64,000 nucleotides of DNA from assembly GCA_016125035.1 (NCBI GenBank), contig WGMN01000001.1, positions 193,526 to 257,525 of the forward strand. Direction: 5' to 3'. The stretch's first letter is position 1. Every line of letters begins with the position of its first letter. The DNA comes from Pseudomonadota bacterium (GTDB taxonomy: Bacteria; Pseudomonadota; Alphaproteobacteria; UBA2136; UBA6156). This document shows, piece after piece, positions 63,089 to 64,000 of this stretch. Under the pieces are notes generated by a model. That model saw only the letters and a list, made by a program, of their open reading frames with translations. It did no database searches and had not been told where the DNA came from. A program made the translations under genes and the position numbers.

Positions 63089-64000
63089 TCAAACGGGGAA
63101 TTTGGGTGAGGTGAAAAGAATTGCCGGGTCGGGAAAATCACCCAACTTTTGAATATCTTGCAGGCTGGTTACGGCCGGGACGGCCAGCGCGGTGACACCC
63201 GGAAGGCTGCTGATTAAGGCGCAGGCAAGGGCTGGTGGCGGCAGGGTGTGCCAGGCGGCGGGCAGCTGCGGCGCGATGCGGGCCAATGCCGCGCGCTGCA
63301 ACGGCTGCGCGGCGGCGGCGGCAAGGCTGGGCCCCCATTGCCGCAAAGCGGCGGCGGCGCGGTGATAACCGGCAAAAGACGGCTGCGGCGGCAAGGTGGC
63401 CAGTTGTGCCTCCATAAGAGGAAGCAGGTGGCGGCACCAGTGCCGCCAGTGCGCAGGCGTGGGCCAGGGCGCCAGCCCCTGGGTAAGCGCCGCCAGCGCC
63501 GAGAACAGCGGCTGCCCCTGCCAGGCGGGCCAGCCGCCCAGCGCGGCGGCGAGGTTCTGCTCGGCGGTGGCGAAGGCGGTGAGGGCTTGAAGGGCGGCGG
63601 GCGGAGGAGAAGAATCGCCAGGCAGGGCGGCGTCCACCACCACGGTGGCGAGGCCGAGGCGGCTGGCGAGTTCCAGCGGGCTGACCGGCTCTTGCTTATG
63701 CAGGGTGTTGGGTTGGGTGAGGGCCTGGGGGGTGAGGAGATCGACAGTGGCCAGAACAAGCCCCAGCGCCGGCCGTTTGCGGCGGCCGTGCACGGTGGCG
63801 GCGGCTTGTGCGGCAAGCTCTAGCCACTGGTGCAGCGGGCAGGGCGGGTTGGGTTGGGTGAAATCGGCGTCGTACAGGCCGTAGGCCTCTAGTGCGCCGG
63901 AGCCAACCGCCTGTTCCAGCCGGGTGAAGGTGGCGAGGGCCTGCGCCGCGGTGGGCGGAGCGGCGGGTTGCCACACCACAAAGGTGGGCGCGGGTTGGGG
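63089..64000 (-). CDS. Hypothetical Ala/Leu/Pro-rich protein. Its N-terminus is beyond the window edge.
   Basis: The ORF is open over more than 900 nt to the window end. It is low-complexity with no recognisable domain, and could be frame noise in GC-rich DNA. Confidence 0.3.
   Translation of the reverse strand, partial: PQPAPTFVVWQPAAPPTAAQALATFTRLEQAVGSGALEAYGLYDADFTQPNPPCPLHQWLELAAQAAATVHGRRKRPALGLVLATVDLLTPQALTQPNTLHKQEPVSPLELASRLGLATVVVDAALPGDSSPPPAALQALTAFATAEQNLAAALGGWPAWQGQPLFSALAALTQGLAPWPTPAHWRHWCRHLLPLMEAQLATLPPQPSFAGYHRAAAALRQWGPSLAAAAAQPLQRAALARIAPQLPAAWHTLPPPALACALISSLPGVTALAVPAVTSLQDIQKLGDFPDPAILFTSPKFPV

Noticed and set aside
1-64000. A CRISPR array or a known defence-system gene set.
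   Set aside because: No regularly spaced direct repeats with unique spacers were seen. The only tandem repeats are the 7-8-mer arrays described above. No cas, restriction-modification, CBASS, retron or similar hallmark genes are present.

Overview
This is a high-GC (about 65%) Gram-negative, probably proteobacterial, chromosomal window. It ends at the replication-initiator neighbourhood, where rpsT, dnaA, dnaN and recF all lie on the minus strand. Most of the content is housekeeping and core metabolism:
- aa3-type cytochrome c oxidase structural and biogenesis genes, scattered rather than in one operon: coxC, coxA, cox11, ctaB and ctaA at 0.9-8.2 kb, coxB at 32.5 kb, SURF1 at 55 kb.
- an alpha-carbonic anhydrase wedged among those cox genes.
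- rlmJ, ohr, asnB, a DEAD-box helicase and typA.
- tRNA-Ser, followed by a low-GC SET-domain gene.
- an alanine/glycine symporter (agcS family).
- a fadA-fadN-fadE beta-oxidation operon, preceded by an acyltransferase-esterase fusion gene.
- a TetR plus tripartite RND efflux operon.
- rsmE, a PfkB kinase, a GT4 glycosyltransferase and pip.
- thrS, then a membrane-protein gene, then infC (apparently starting at AUC).
- a solute-binding protein, a LysM protein, an MnmC-like methyltransferase and asmA.
- tRNA-Arg(CCT), followed by a secreted SNase-like nuclease and mutS.
- murJ, SURF1 and an AI-2E transporter.
- an Avd-like four-helix-bundle protein and a DUF218 protein.

No CRISPR array, integrase, reverse transcriptase or recognisable defence system is present.

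The most unusual signal is a dispersed family of 35-nt elements, each made of five degenerate heptamers (CGTRAYY). Five copies occur in this 64 kb. Two lie in-frame inside recF and asnB, and three abut start codons of rlmJ, recF and the four-helix-bundle gene.

Other notable points:
- a tRNA-Ser 3' fragment duplicate next to the foreign-looking SET gene.
- Ser/Thr-rich C-terminal tails on CoxB and on the RND membrane-fusion protein.
- a 770-bp gene-free region.
- in-frame tandem repeats inside mutS.
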